From an uncultured Acidobacteriota bacterium (GTDB taxonomy: Bacteria; Acidobacteriota; Vicinamibacteria; Vicinamibacterales; UBA8438), in contig CAJWLU010000002.1 of NCBI GenBank assembly GCA_913043225.1, positions 239,690 to 303,689 on the forward strand: a stretch of DNA of 64,000 nt, read 5' to 3'. The position numbers and the translations under genes are program-made. The notes beneath the pieces are model-generated. The model did not search any database. It worked only from the letters and a program-made list of their open reading frames with translations, and was not told where the DNA came from. Positions 10,467 through 20,100 of this stretch are shown piece after piece. Within the stretch, counting starts at the first letter, position 1, and every line of letters starts with the position of its first letter.

Positions 10467-11081
10467 CTATCCCGCCGGGACTTCGACGCGACGGATTGAT
10501 TCGATGATCACGGGGTCGTTCGGGACGTCGAGCAGTGGGCCTTGGCTGCCGGTGCGTACGCGTCCGATCTCACTGATTACGTTCATGCCCTCGGTCACCC
10601 GTCCGAAGACGGCGTAGCCGATCCCGGCGTCGGTGGGATTCTTGAAGTCGAAGCTCGAATTGTCGTCCAGGTTGATGAAGAACTGCTGGCGGGCAGTGTT
10701 TCCCCCAGGCCCTCGCGCCATGGCAACCGTGCCGCGGCGGTTCTGGAGCGAACGGCTTGCCTGGTTGACGATGCTGCCACGGAGACCCTCTGACTTCGGT
10801 GCGAGCTGTTCCTCGGCTTCGACAGTGAAGCCACCACCCTGGATGATCGTGTCTCGAATTACCCGGTGGAACACCGTCCCGTCGTAGTAGCCCTCGATCA
10901 CATAGGTCAGAAAGTTCACGACGGTGGCCGCGACCCGGTCGCGGTAGAGCTCGATCTCGAACGACCCCATGTTGGTCGTCACGAGAACGCGGGGATTCGG
11001 GGGCGGGTCCTGAGCCAGGACGGGAGTAACTGTGCCCAGGAGCGACAGTATCAGAGCGAGCGAGACGAGACGTGGTTGCAC
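10467..11081 (-). CDS. Cyclophilin-type peptidyl-prolyl isomerase, secreted, divergent active site
   Basis: Signal peptide; YDGTVFHRVI, IQGGGF, RGTVAMAR, QFFIN, GYAVFGRV. Confidence 0.9.
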   Translation of the reverse strand: MQPRLVSLALILSLLGTVTPVLAQDPPPNPRVLVTTNMGSFEIELYRDRVAATVVNFLTYVIEGYYDGTVFHRVIRDTIIQGGGFTVEAEEQLAPKSEGLRGSIVNQASRSLQNRRGTVAMARGPGGNTARQQFFINLDDNSSFDFKNPTDAGIGYAVFGRVTEGMNVISEIGRVRTGSQGPLLDVPNDPVIIESIRRVEVPAG

Positions 11082-11123
11082 CGGGTCCTTCTTTCCTGAA
11101 GCGCGGCCGACGGCCGCCGTGGG

Positions 11124-11705
11124 TCACTGCTGGACGGTAATCGACTCGATCACCACGGGGGTGTTCGGCAAGTCTCGGAACGACCCACGCGAGCCGGTGG
11201 CCACGTTCTCGATCTGGTCTACGACATCAAGCCCTTCGGTGACGCGGCCGAAGACGGCATACCCGTAGGTCTGCGGTGTCGAGCCTCGATTGTTCAGCGC
11301 GTTGTTGTCGACGGTGTTGATGAAAAACTGACGAGTCGCGCTGTCGACGACGTTGGTCCGCGCCATGGCCAGGGTGCCGCGATCGTTGGTCAGGCCATTG
11401 GTTGCCTCGTTCTTGATCGGATCGCGGGAGGAGAGCTGTTCCATCTCTGCCGTGAAGGCGCCGCCCTGAATCATGAACCCCTTGATGACCCGGTGGAAGA
11501 CGGTGCCGCTATAGGCTTCTTCTTCGACGTAGGATAAGAAGTTCTCGACCGAGATCGGCGCGTTCGCTCGATCGAGCTCCGCAGTGATGGTTCCCAGGCT
11601 TGTCTCGATGACGACCACCGGGTTCTCTTGGGCGCGTGCTTCGATGCCGCCGATGGCCGACGTCAGACCGATGGTGGTTAGGGCAAGCAGCTGTCGTAGA
11701 GACAT
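11124..11705 (-). CDS. Cyclophilin-type peptidyl-prolyl isomerase, secreted (PpiA-like)
   Basis: FHRVIKGFMIQGG, RGTLAMART, SATRQFFIN, GYAVFG; start at ATG 11705 after AGAGGA, followed by a signal peptide. Confidence 0.93.
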   Translation of the reverse strand: MSLRQLLALTTIGLTSAIGGIEARAQENPVVVIETSLGTITAELDRANAPISVENFLSYVEEEAYSGTVFHRVIKGFMIQGGAFTAEMEQLSSRDPIKNEATNGLTNDRGTLAMARTNVVDSATRQFFINTVDNNALNNRGSTPQTYGYAVFGRVTEGLDVVDQIENVATGSRGSFRDLPNTPVVIESITVQQ

Positions 11706-11934
11706 GACGATTTCCTCTGGCTGAACAGAAGCGGCGTCCGGAACGGCCCCGCTCATTCAAAATTTGGTATATCTGATCCAATCAGGCGTAGAACCGGCAG
11801 CACAGTAGGCGTAAAGTGCCAGGTTCTTCGGCGCTTATTTAACTACGCTCGCCAGGCACCGAGTATGCATAATTCAATGGAGAGCTGTCCAGTGGGGGTC
11901 GCGCCGTGGTGTTCCCGTCGTGTCGGAATTCAAC

Positions 11935-14922
11935 ATGAGCCTGCTTGATCGATTTCGTAGCCAGCCTGAGTGGCAGCATGACGATCCGTCAGTGCGCGCT
12001 TCGGCGGTCGATGACCTTGGGGACGACGCGCAGGATTTGTTGACGGCGATCGCGTCTGAGGACGCCGACCCAAGGGTGCGGATGGCGGCTGTCGCGCGAC
12101 TAACCGACCCCGACGCACTCGGCCGCATCCAGGCGTCGGAGCAGGACGAGCGCGTGCGCGACGAGGCGGCTGCCGTCTTGCGCGAGATCGCATTATCGGG
12201 CGCGGAGCCGGCGCGTGCGGCGCGTGCGGTCGCGGCGCTGGCAACGCCACGGGATCTGGGCGAGGTGGCCAGGATCACCGAATTGGAGGCCGTGAGTTTG
12301 GCCGCGCTGGCTCGATTGGATCGGCCGAAGGCCATCGGCGCGGTGGCCAGACGTGCCGCTCTGGCCGCCACCCGGCGGGCGGCCCTCGAACGTCTCGCCG
12401 ATCACGAAGAGCTGTTGGCGGTCGCCGTTAAGAGCGAGCATCGGGATGTGGCGGTGGCGGCGTTCGAACGTGTTGTGCCAGACGAGAGCGACGATCTCAC
12501 TTTGCTGCAGAGCATCGCCGTGCGCGCCCGCTCGAAGCCGGTGGCCCGCAAGGCACGGACGCGGCTGGCCGAGTTAGTAGGTCGACCCAAGGCACCGACC
12601 GCGAGCCAGCGCCAGGAGCGCCGCGAGCTGATGTGCGGACGGCTGGAAGCACTGGCGGTGGCCGACGGCGCGTCGGATGAGACGCGATTGGGCACCAAGC
12701 TCGAAGAGCTGGAGCGTGAGTGGGAGTCTCTGGCCGGGGATGTGTCCCCACCGGGAGAGGAGGATGCTACCGGGGTTACTGAACGCTGGCAGGCGGCCGT
12801 CGCGGGAGCCAAGCGCCGGCTGACCGAATTGGCTGACACTCGCATCGAAGCGCAGGGGCTTCCCCAGGCGGTGGCCGAAGCCGATGCCGCTCAGGTGGCG
12901 TTGTGCGATCGGTTGGAGGCTCGCCTCGACCAGTCCGACGAGGCTGGCGAGTCGCTGGAAGACACCCTGACGTCACTTCGGAGCGAATGGGAGGTGAGCG
13001 CTGGTGGCGAGTCGAGGTCCGGAGACAGCGATCCCAGACCGATCGACCAGCGGTTCCAGGCATTGCTCGCCCGCGCGGATGGGCAGATTCAACGCCGGCG
13101 GTCTGCAGCCGAGCGGCGCACCAGGCTGGAAGAGTTAGCCGCGGCGCTCGAAGAACTAAGTCAGGCGGATGACGTGGCCCGACTGACGCGCCAGTGGACG
13201 CGTCCGCGCGCCGAGTGGGCCGAATTGGTCGGGGCGTCCGAGCCCGAGGCCGTGGCCGATCTGGTGACTCGAGTCGAGGCGGCCGTCGCTCGCCGTGACG
13301 AACGGGTCGAGGCGATCCGTGCGCAGCAGCGCAAGCGAGAGCACGTGACGTTGGCCAAGCAGACGCGTCGCGCCGAGGAGATCGAAGAGGCGTTGACGAA
13401 CGAACAGCTCGAGCTTCGCGAGGCCGAGCGGTGGCTCCGAATCACCCGTTCAGTACTCGGCAACATGGGCCGCCTACCGACCCGTGAGGATCGAGACGCA
13501 CTCACCGAACGGTTCCAGGCAGTACAAGTGGCCTTGATCGGTCGAGTACGAGAGCTCCGCGGGTTCGCCGAATGGAAGCAGTGGGCCAATCTGGGTGTAC
13601 AAGTAGCCTTGTGTCAGCGGATGGAGAAGCTGGCCACGCTCGAGGATGAAGCCGCCATGGCGCGCGAGTACCGGGACGTCATGACGGCCTGGCGCGATGC
13701 CGCCGATGTGCCGCGCGGCGAGGGAGACGAGATCTGGAAGCGCTTCAAGGCTGCGCATGAGGCGATCCAGCCTCGCGTCGATGCGCTTCAAGCCGCCCAG
13801 GATGCGCTTCGTGAGCAGCGGTTGTCTAAGAAGGTCTCCTTGTGCGAAGAGGCCGAGCGCCTGGCCGACTCGACCGACTGGGTCAAGACCGCTAAGAGGT
13901 TCACCGAGCTGCAGGCCGAGTGGAAGCAGGTCGGAGCAGCGACCCGCAGGCAGGAGCGCGAACTATGGAGCCGGTTCCGGGCCGCGTCGGGCCAGTTCTT
14001 CAGGCGACGGCGAGACGACCTCGCCGAGCGCCGCAAGGTGTGGGGAAAGAACGCCGAGGCCAAGGAGGCGTTCTGCGCCCAAGCTGAGGCGCTGGCCGAC
14101 GAGAAGGACCTGGAGTCGGCCAAGAACACCGTCAAGCGGATGCAGGCGGAATGGAAGAATGTCGGTCCGGTGAAGCGGTCGCGCTCCGACGCGCTGTGGA
14201 TCCGTTTCCGCGCGGCATGCGATGCCGTCTTCGATCGGGCCCAGGCGGAGGTCGACGCCGAGTTCGCCGACAAGATCGACGCCCGCGCAGCGGTGTGTGA
14301 GCGGCTCGAGCAGTTGGTGCCAGAGTCCGAGGGTGCCGAAGTCTCGGAGCCGCCCGAGGATCTCGCCGCGACGGTGTCGGCGACGCGATCCGAGTGGCGT
14401 CAGCTCCCGCACGTGCCACGGCCTCATGAGCGAGGCCTGAGCACACGCTTCCAGGACGCGCTCGCTCGCGTAGTCGAGCGGTATCCGTCGGCGTTTGCCG
14501 GCACGGATCTGGATCCGGCACGTAATCGCGCCAAGCTCGAGCGCCTCTGCGGGACGGTCGAGGCGCTTCTCGAGGAGGCGTCTGCCCCATCGTCCACCGG
14601 GCAGAGTCCGGCCGAGGTTTTGGCGTCCCAGTTGCGCGAGGCCCTGGCCAGCAACACGATGGGCGCACGCATGGACACGGCCGCCAAGCAGCGCGCCGAC
14701 ACTGAGACCGTCCGTCAGGTGCAGTCCGAACGTCGGTCACTGGGCGTGATCCCCGGCGACGAAGGACGTCAGCTGTCGGATCGCTTCCGGAAGGCGTGCG
14801 AGCGGTTCTTCGCCAAGTTCCCGCCGCTCGACGATGCCCGCCCCGCGTCTCGGCGTGACGGACAGGCCCGTCGGCGTCGGCCCCGCCAGAAGGCGGTGTC
14901 TGGTCCCAGGGATCGCGCCTGA
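11935..14922 (+). CDS. DUF349 domain-containing coiled-coil protein
   Basis: N-terminal WQHDDPSVR with HEAT-like repeats; repeated L(C)EEAE..L / WK.VG / LW.RFRAA.D.FF units typical of DUF349. Confidence 0.85.
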   Translation: MSLLDRFRSQPEWQHDDPSVRASAVDDLGDDAQDLLTAIASEDADPRVRMAAVARLTDPDALGRIQASEQDERVRDEAAAVLREIALSGAEPARAARAVAALATPRDLGEVARITELEAVSLAALARLDRPKAIGAVARRAALAATRRAALERLADHEELLAVAVKSEHRDVAVAAFERVVPDESDDLTLLQSIAVRARSKPVARKARTRLAELVGRPKAPTASQRQERRELMCGRLEALAVADGASDETRLGTKLEELEREWESLAGDVSPPGEEDATGVTERWQAAVAGAKRRLTELADTRIEAQGLPQAVAEADAAQVALCDRLEARLDQSDEAGESLEDTLTSLRSEWEVSAGGESRSGDSDPRPIDQRFQALLARADGQIQRRRSAAERRTRLEELAAALEELSQADDVARLTRQWTRPRAEWAELVGASEPEAVADLVTRVEAAVARRDERVEAIRAQQRKREHVTLAKQTRRAEEIEEALTNEQLELREAERWLRITRSVLGNMGRLPTREDRDALTERFQAVQVALIGRVRELRGFAEWKQWANLGVQVALCQRMEKLATLEDEAAMAREYRDVMTAWRDAADVPRGEGDEIWKRFKAAHEAIQPRVDALQAAQDALREQRLSKKVSLCEEAERLADSTDWVKTAKRFTELQAEWKQVGAATRRQERELWSRFRAASGQFFRRRRDDLAERRKVWGKNAEAKEAFCAQAEALADEKDLESAKNTVKRMQAEWKNVGPVKRSRSDALWIRFRAACDAVFDRAQAEVDAEFADKIDARAAVCERLEQLVPESEGAEVSEPPEDLAATVSATRSEWRQLPHVPRPHERGLSTRFQDALARVVERYPSAFAGTDLDPARNRAKLERLCGTVEALLEEASAPSSTGQSPAEVLASQLREALASNTMGARMDTAAKQRADTETVRQVQSERRSLGVIPGDEGRQLSDRFRKACERFFAKFPPLDDARPASRRDGQARRRRPRQKAVSGPRDRA

Positions 14923-14953
14923 GCTAAACCCCCCGGGCGCCGGTCGGTTATTC

Positions 14954-15198
14954 ATGCAGGATTCCCAATCTCTCGTCAGCGAGTGGTTCACCATTCGCTT
15001 TCGTGCTGCGATCCCCGCCCACACGTCGAGCTGGTTTCGGCGCCGACCGAGTCAGGAAAGACCCTCGCGTCATCCCGGAAGGAGCTGCTGGCGGCTCGGC
15101 GGCGCATGAAGGAGCGGAGTGAGATCCGAGGCGGCCGAGCTGCCTCGGTTGACACGTGCACAGCTTCGGTTCAGAGTGAAACGATCGGCGGCGGCTGA
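14954..15198 (+). pseudogene. Remnant of an Lhr-like DEAD/DEAH helicase gene (N- and C-terminal pieces joined)
   Basis: One frame gives MQDSQSLVSEWFTIRFRAAIPAH; a second frame gives LVSAPTESGKTLA (degenerate Walker A) then RKELLAARRRMKERSEIRGGR. Confidence 0.6.
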
Positions 15199-15265
15199 GC
15201 GAAAGCGTTGTGGATGCGGGGTTGACCCGTCCGGCCTGCGCTTGGTTCGAACATTGAGGTAGACG

Positions 15266-17059
15266 ATGAGTAGGCTCCGGTTCCCGGCGGCGTTGGCCTT
15301 TGCGCTTGCGACGGCCTGTGGCGTGCCGCCACCTGAGTCGTCGTCGATTCGGGAGAATGTCGAGCGATTGGCGTCGGACGAATTCGGAGGCCGCCTGACC
15401 GGGACCGACGGGATCCGGCTGGCGGCGGATCACATCGTGACCGAGCTTCAGGCTATCGGCGCGGTGCCTCTGCCTGGCGCCGACGGATTTCGGCTGTCGT
15501 TCGACTACACCGGTAGCACTGAGGATGGCGGCACGTCGCTCGCGGTCGATGGCGTTGAGGCGACCGAGACTGGGGCCGTTCAGGCGCTTTCGTTCTCAGA
15601 GTCCGGCCAGGCGACCGGACCCCTGGTCTTCGCCGGGTACGGGTTGGTCGTGCCGGAGGTGGACGGTTTCAGCTACGACAGCTACGCCACGCTCGATGTC
15701 ACCGACAAAATCGTGGTGGTGCTGCGCTACTTTCCGGAGGATGCAGAGACCGACATCCGGGCGGCGCTCTCGAGATATGCCGGGCTGCGCTTTAAGGCGC
15801 AAGCCGCCCGCCAGCGCGGCGCTCTGGGTCTGCTCGTGGTGACTGGTCCGCGTTCTCCGAATGCCGGCGAGCTCGTGCGCATGACCGGGGACACGGCGGC
15901 CGCTGATTCCGGCATCGTCGCAGCAAGTGTCGACCAGGCCATGGGCGACACGCTGTTCGATCTGGTTCCGGGTCGAACGTTGGAAGAGGTGCAGGCCGAA
16001 CTGGATTCAGGGAACCCGCATGTCGCCGGATTCGACATGGGGGCCGAGGCGACTCTTAACGTGCAAGTGGTGCGCGAGCAGCGGACTGGTTATAACGTGG
16101 TGGCCTACCTGCCAGAGACGACAGAGACGTTGACCGAGAAGCCCTATGTCATGCTCGGTGCGCACTACGACCACCTCGGTTTGGGTGAGGGCGGCAACTC
16201 CCTGGCCACGGGCGACGACGCGGGGCAGGTTCACAACGGTGCGGACGACAACGCGTCGGGGGTGGCCGCGGTGTTGTCCGCTGGTGGCGAGCTGGCCGAC
16301 GAGGAGCGCGAGCGCGGCGTAATTTTGGCATTCTGGTCGGGGGAGGAACTGGGCCTGCTCGGTTCGGCCGACTTTGTCGAACGCTCCCCGGTCCCAATGA
16401 CCGAGTTGTCCGCCTATATCAATTTCGACATGGTCGGGCGGATGCGAGACAACAAGCTCACCGTGCAGGCGCTTGGGAGCAGCCCGATCTGGCCGGATCT
16501 CGTCAACGACGTCAACGCCGCCTACGGGTTCGAGCTGCAGCCAGTCGATGATCCCTACCTGCCGACTGACGCGATGAGTCTCAATCTGGCCGAGGTTCCG
16601 ACTTTGGCGCTCTTCACCGGAAGTCACGAGGACTATCATCGGCCGTCCGATGATGCCGACACGGTTAACTATCCCGATCTCGAGCGGGTGGCGGGCTACG
16701 GTGCCGAGGTGGCGAGGCGACTGGTCAACGACGCGTCGGCACCGCAATTTGTGCGAGTCGAGCGCGCGGCGCAGCAGGGTGGCCAGGCGGCGATGCGTAT
16801 CTTCACCGGGACCATCCCCGATTACAGCTCGGAGGTCGAGGGGCTGTTGCTGTCTGGCGTCATGGGCGGTGGACCGGCCGAGAAGGCCGGGCTCCAGGAA
16901 GGTGACATCATCGTTGGACTGGCAGGCCAGTCGGTGGCCAACATATACGACTACATGTTTGCTCTCGACCTCCTGAAGGTTGCTGAGCCGGCGTCGGTGG
17001 TCTTCGTGCGAGACGGTGAGCAACAGGAGGCCGAGCTGGTGCCGGAGGCGCGTCAGTGA
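15266..17059 (+). CDS. M28 family peptidase with PA and PDZ domains, lipoprotein
   Basis: Lipobox LATAC; GAHYDHLG, NGADDNASG, GEELGLLGS, NFDMVGR, DYHRPSD; C-terminal GTIPDY...GPAEKAGLQEGD (PDZ). Confidence 0.92.
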   Translation: MSRLRFPAALAFALATACGVPPPESSSIRENVERLASDEFGGRLTGTDGIRLAADHIVTELQAIGAVPLPGADGFRLSFDYTGSTEDGGTSLAVDGVEATETGAVQALSFSESGQATGPLVFAGYGLVVPEVDGFSYDSYATLDVTDKIVVVLRYFPEDAETDIRAALSRYAGLRFKAQAARQRGALGLLVVTGPRSPNAGELVRMTGDTAAADSGIVAASVDQAMGDTLFDLVPGRTLEEVQAELDSGNPHVAGFDMGAEATLNVQVVREQRTGYNVVAYLPETTETLTEKPYVMLGAHYDHLGLGEGGNSLATGDDAGQVHNGADDNASGVAAVLSAGGELADEERERGVILAFWSGEELGLLGSADFVERSPVPMTELSAYINFDMVGRMRDNKLTVQALGSSPIWPDLVNDVNAAYGFELQPVDDPYLPTDAMSLNLAEVPTLALFTGSHEDYHRPSDDADTVNYPDLERVAGYGAEVARRLVNDASAPQFVRVERAAQQGGQAAMRIFTGTIPDYSSEVEGLLLSGVMGGGPAEKAGLQEGDIIVGLAGQSVANIYDYMFALDLLKVAEPASVVFVRDGEQQEAELVPEARQ

Positions 17060-17199
17060 GTCGAGCGGCGGAGTCAGGTTCCTCCGAGGTGACCATTCGA
17101 GCGCTCCCGGCGTCTGACAGAGAAGCCGCCGGCATTGGCGCCGGTCCGCGGCGTTCGAGACGCGCTGGCGCCCAGTCCAAGGGAATTACGGTTTCGTTC

Positions 17200-19527
17200 G
17201 TGGTGAGTAATCTCAGTCCTCTCAGTCCGAGTCGTCCCGGTCGAGGCTCGTCCCGGTGGCTGGCGCCGCTGCTGACGCTGGCCATGGTCACCCTGGCACC
17301 GTCGTTCGGCGCTGCCCAGGGGCTCGGCACCCTCGTGGGTATCGTCACGACGCTCAGTGGCGTCCCGGTCGAGGGCGTGACGGTCACCGTTTTCAGTGAC
17401 GAGCAGACGGCCTCGGGTACGACCGACGAGGACGGTGAATACGAGGTCAGCGAGCTGCTGCCGGGGCTGGTCTCGATCGCGATCAGCGACACCGATCTGG
17501 TGCTGGTGCCAGAGCTCGAGGTGGGCGTCGTGGCCAACATCACGATCCGCAGCGACCTAGTCCTCCGCTCACTCGACGAGGTGGCGATGCGGCGGTGGGA
17601 CGCCTCTCGCTTTTTCGAAGCCAGTCCAGGCCTGGCCGCTTCTCTCTTCGCCGGCGACACGCTTGAGGCAGGCGTGCTGCCGCTCTCGAACTATCTGGAA
17701 CGGGTGCCTGGTGTCGCGGTGGCGCGGGAAGGTGGGATCGGACAGCCCACTGCGCTCGTGGTCCGCGGCGTCGAAGTCACAGACCGGTTTCTCGTGACGG
17801 ACGGCACGCCACTCGAGGGTACCGTGCAACGTCTGCACGGGTGGGATGGGCAGGTGACCCAGCAGCTAGAGGTTGTGCGGGGGCTGCCGTCGAGCCGACG
17901 TGACGGCGAGCTGACCGGTGTCGTCCACCGGTTGATTAGGCCGACCGGTGATCCCGCCTCGCCGCTGTTCTCGGCCTCGGTGGAAGGTGGCGACTACGGC
18001 TGGCGACAGTATAGTGCCGGCACCAGCGGCTCCAGCCGTGTCTACGACTGGCACCTTAGTGCTCAGCATGCCGAGGCGGATAACGAGCAGCCCAACACGG
18101 ACTACCGTCGCACTGCGATGGCCGGATCGCTCGATTTCATCCGGAGCGCGATCAGGGGCCACCTTATGTTCCAGGGCGAGACCAGCGAAGTGGGGCGTTC
18201 GGGCCCCACGCTGCTCGTTCGGCCCGATCTCGATGCCCGCCAAGAACGGACGCGGTTCTCCGGGGCGGGCACGTTCCGTCTGGGCCGTGGACAGCGGAGC
18301 CTACACGAGCTCCGCCTGGTGGGCACCCAAAGCGACATCCGCTCACTAAACCCGCTCGATTCGGGCACGATCTTGCTGCAGTCGTCCGAGGAGGTGGCCC
18401 GTTTGGTTGCGGTGTCCGATCTGGCCCTGGCGGGTGGGCGCCGGAACGATCTTCGCACGGGACGGGTGAGCTACGAGTACGCGTTCGAGATCGACGAGTT
18501 CCACTACATGACCTTTGGCGGCACCGCCGAGGGTGAAGCTGGTCGGTTTACGCGCACCGACCGGTACGATCAGACTAGGGCCAATCTGAGTCTCTATGCG
18601 GAGGACCGGGTCCAGCTGTTTCCGGATCTGCTGTTGACGGCGGGTGGGCGCTTCGTCAAGAACGGACCTTACGGCTTCGCGGCGATGCCCCGTGGGTCGC
18701 TGACCTATGAGCTGGGTTGGGGATTCCTCGCCCGGGCCGCCGGTGGCTTCGGGGTGGGCACACCCACGCTAGCCCAGTTGTTCGGCGAGACGTTCCTCTG
18801 GGAGGGGAACCCGGAGATCGACCAGGCGAAAAGCCGCGCCGCCGATGCCGGAATCTTCGGTTCGCTGTGGGGAAACCGGGTGCAGGTAGAGGCCAGCGCG
18901 TATTGGCACGAGTACGAGGACCTCATCGTACTGGGGGAGTTCGACGTGCCCCGGCTCGATACCTTGCCGGACTATCGAGCCCTGACCCTGGCCGAGCGGC
19001 TTCAGCTTCAGAGTGACGTCTGGACCGGTGTGAGGCAACCGCTGGTGGTGGCGGCGGTCGATCCAAGGGTAACGTTCGTTAACTTGCCCAGGAGCCGTGC
19101 CATCGGGGCCGAGGCCTCGTTCACGGCGATGCCGGTAACGCAGGTGACATTGCAGGGGGCCTACACCTTCAGCGACACCGAAGTGCGTCGCGGCACCCGT
19201 TTACTCCGACCGGGAGACCGGCTACCTGGCATGCCTGAGCACCAGGGATCATTCACGGCCGATGTGCAGGTGGCCCGAGTGTCGGTTGGCGGCACTTTCC
19301 GCTACGTCGGGAAGCGGACAGCTCCGTTCGACTACGTCAGCCAGGTACTGGGCCTGGGGACGCTGTCGTCCTACACCCGGTACGACATGTGGGCGCGCAT
19401 CGGGCTGACGGATGGATTGTGGTTCTCGATGGTGGGAGAGAACCTCACCGACGAGCAGTACCAGGAGGTGCCAGGGTACCCGGCCCTGGGGCGGATGCTT
19501 CGGGCAGGCGTGCAGGTGTCCTTCTGA
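17200..19527 (+). CDS. TonB-dependent outer membrane receptor with N-terminal carboxypeptidase-regulatory-like domain (BtuB-like C-terminus)
   Basis: Signal peptide; plug LERVPGVAVAREGGIGQPTALVVRG; barrel end ENLTDEQYQEVPGYPALGRMLRAGVQVSF. Start uncertain (GTG 17200/17203, or 17056 in the track). Confidence 0.88.
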   Translation: MVSNLSPLSPSRPGRGSSRWLAPLLTLAMVTLAPSFGAAQGLGTLVGIVTTLSGVPVEGVTVTVFSDEQTASGTTDEDGEYEVSELLPGLVSIAISDTDLVLVPELEVGVVANITIRSDLVLRSLDEVAMRRWDASRFFEASPGLAASLFAGDTLEAGVLPLSNYLERVPGVAVAREGGIGQPTALVVRGVEVTDRFLVTDGTPLEGTVQRLHGWDGQVTQQLEVVRGLPSSRRDGELTGVVHRLIRPTGDPASPLFSASVEGGDYGWRQYSAGTSGSSRVYDWHLSAQHAEADNEQPNTDYRRTAMAGSLDFIRSAIRGHLMFQGETSEVGRSGPTLLVRPDLDARQERTRFSGAGTFRLGRGQRSLHELRLVGTQSDIRSLNPLDSGTILLQSSEEVARLVAVSDLALAGGRRNDLRTGRVSYEYAFEIDEFHYMTFGGTAEGEAGRFTRTDRYDQTRANLSLYAEDRVQLFPDLLLTAGGRFVKNGPYGFAAMPRGSLTYELGWGFLARAAGGFGVGTPTLAQLFGETFLWEGNPEIDQAKSRAADAGIFGSLWGNRVQVEASAYWHEYEDLIVLGEFDVPRLDTLPDYRALTLAERLQLQSDVWTGVRQPLVVAAVDPRVTFVNLPRSRAIGAEASFTAMPVTQVTLQGAYTFSDTEVRRGTRLLRPGDRLPGMPEHQGSFTADVQVARVSVGGTFRYVGKRTAPFDYVSQVLGLGTLSSYTRYDMWARIGLTDGLWFSMVGENLTDEQYQEVPGYPALGRMLRAGVQVSF

Positions 19528-19555
19528 GTACGCTCTGCGTGGAGTGAAAGGACTA

Positions 19556-20071
19556 ATGATGTTCCGGAGAATCGCTCTTCCAGCCCTGCTGGCCATGGCC
19601 GTGAGCGCGGCTGGATGCGACGAAGGATTGCCGCTCGAATCGACCCCGCTGCTGGCGGTGCAGATGTCGGTCGCCCCGGATCCTGGGATGGCAGTACCGT
19701 CGTCCGGTGTCACGTTCGAGCAAGACGGTCAAACCATAGAGTTTCCCTGGATGACCACCCTGTCGCTGATTATCCGGACCGACGCGTCGCAGTCGGGCGC
19801 TACCATCAGAAACATCGGCGCCAGTGTGCAGGAGGCAATCGAAGGGATCGCTGTCACCCCGGTGTTCGGTGATCCGGCACCGCGGTTCCGGTACACCCCG
19901 CGCGCCACTACCAACCGGGTGGAGCCTGGTGGCGAGGCGATTATCGAGTTCGATGTCTGGTACTGGCTGCCGGGTGGCGGAGCCGAAGCGCTCGTCGCGC
20001 TCAACGCCACGTTGTCGGCCGATGAGGGCTCCGGTGTCACCGATGCGGTGCAGGTGAGCGTACTACCCTAG
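19556..20071 (+). CDS. Hypothetical lipoprotein (paralog 1)
   Basis: AAAGGA RBS before ATG 19556; lipobox SAAGC; beta-rich; EFDVWYWLP. Confidence 0.82.
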   Translation: MMFRRIALPALLAMAVSAAGCDEGLPLESTPLLAVQMSVAPDPGMAVPSSGVTFEQDGQTIEFPWMTTLSLIIRTDASQSGATIRNIGASVQEAIEGIAVTPVFGDPAPRFRYTPRATTNRVEPGGEAIIEFDVWYWLPGGGAEALVALNATLSADEGSGVTDAVQVSVLP

Positions 20072-20100
20072 CCGTTTCAGATTTTTGGGAGAGACGAGAG

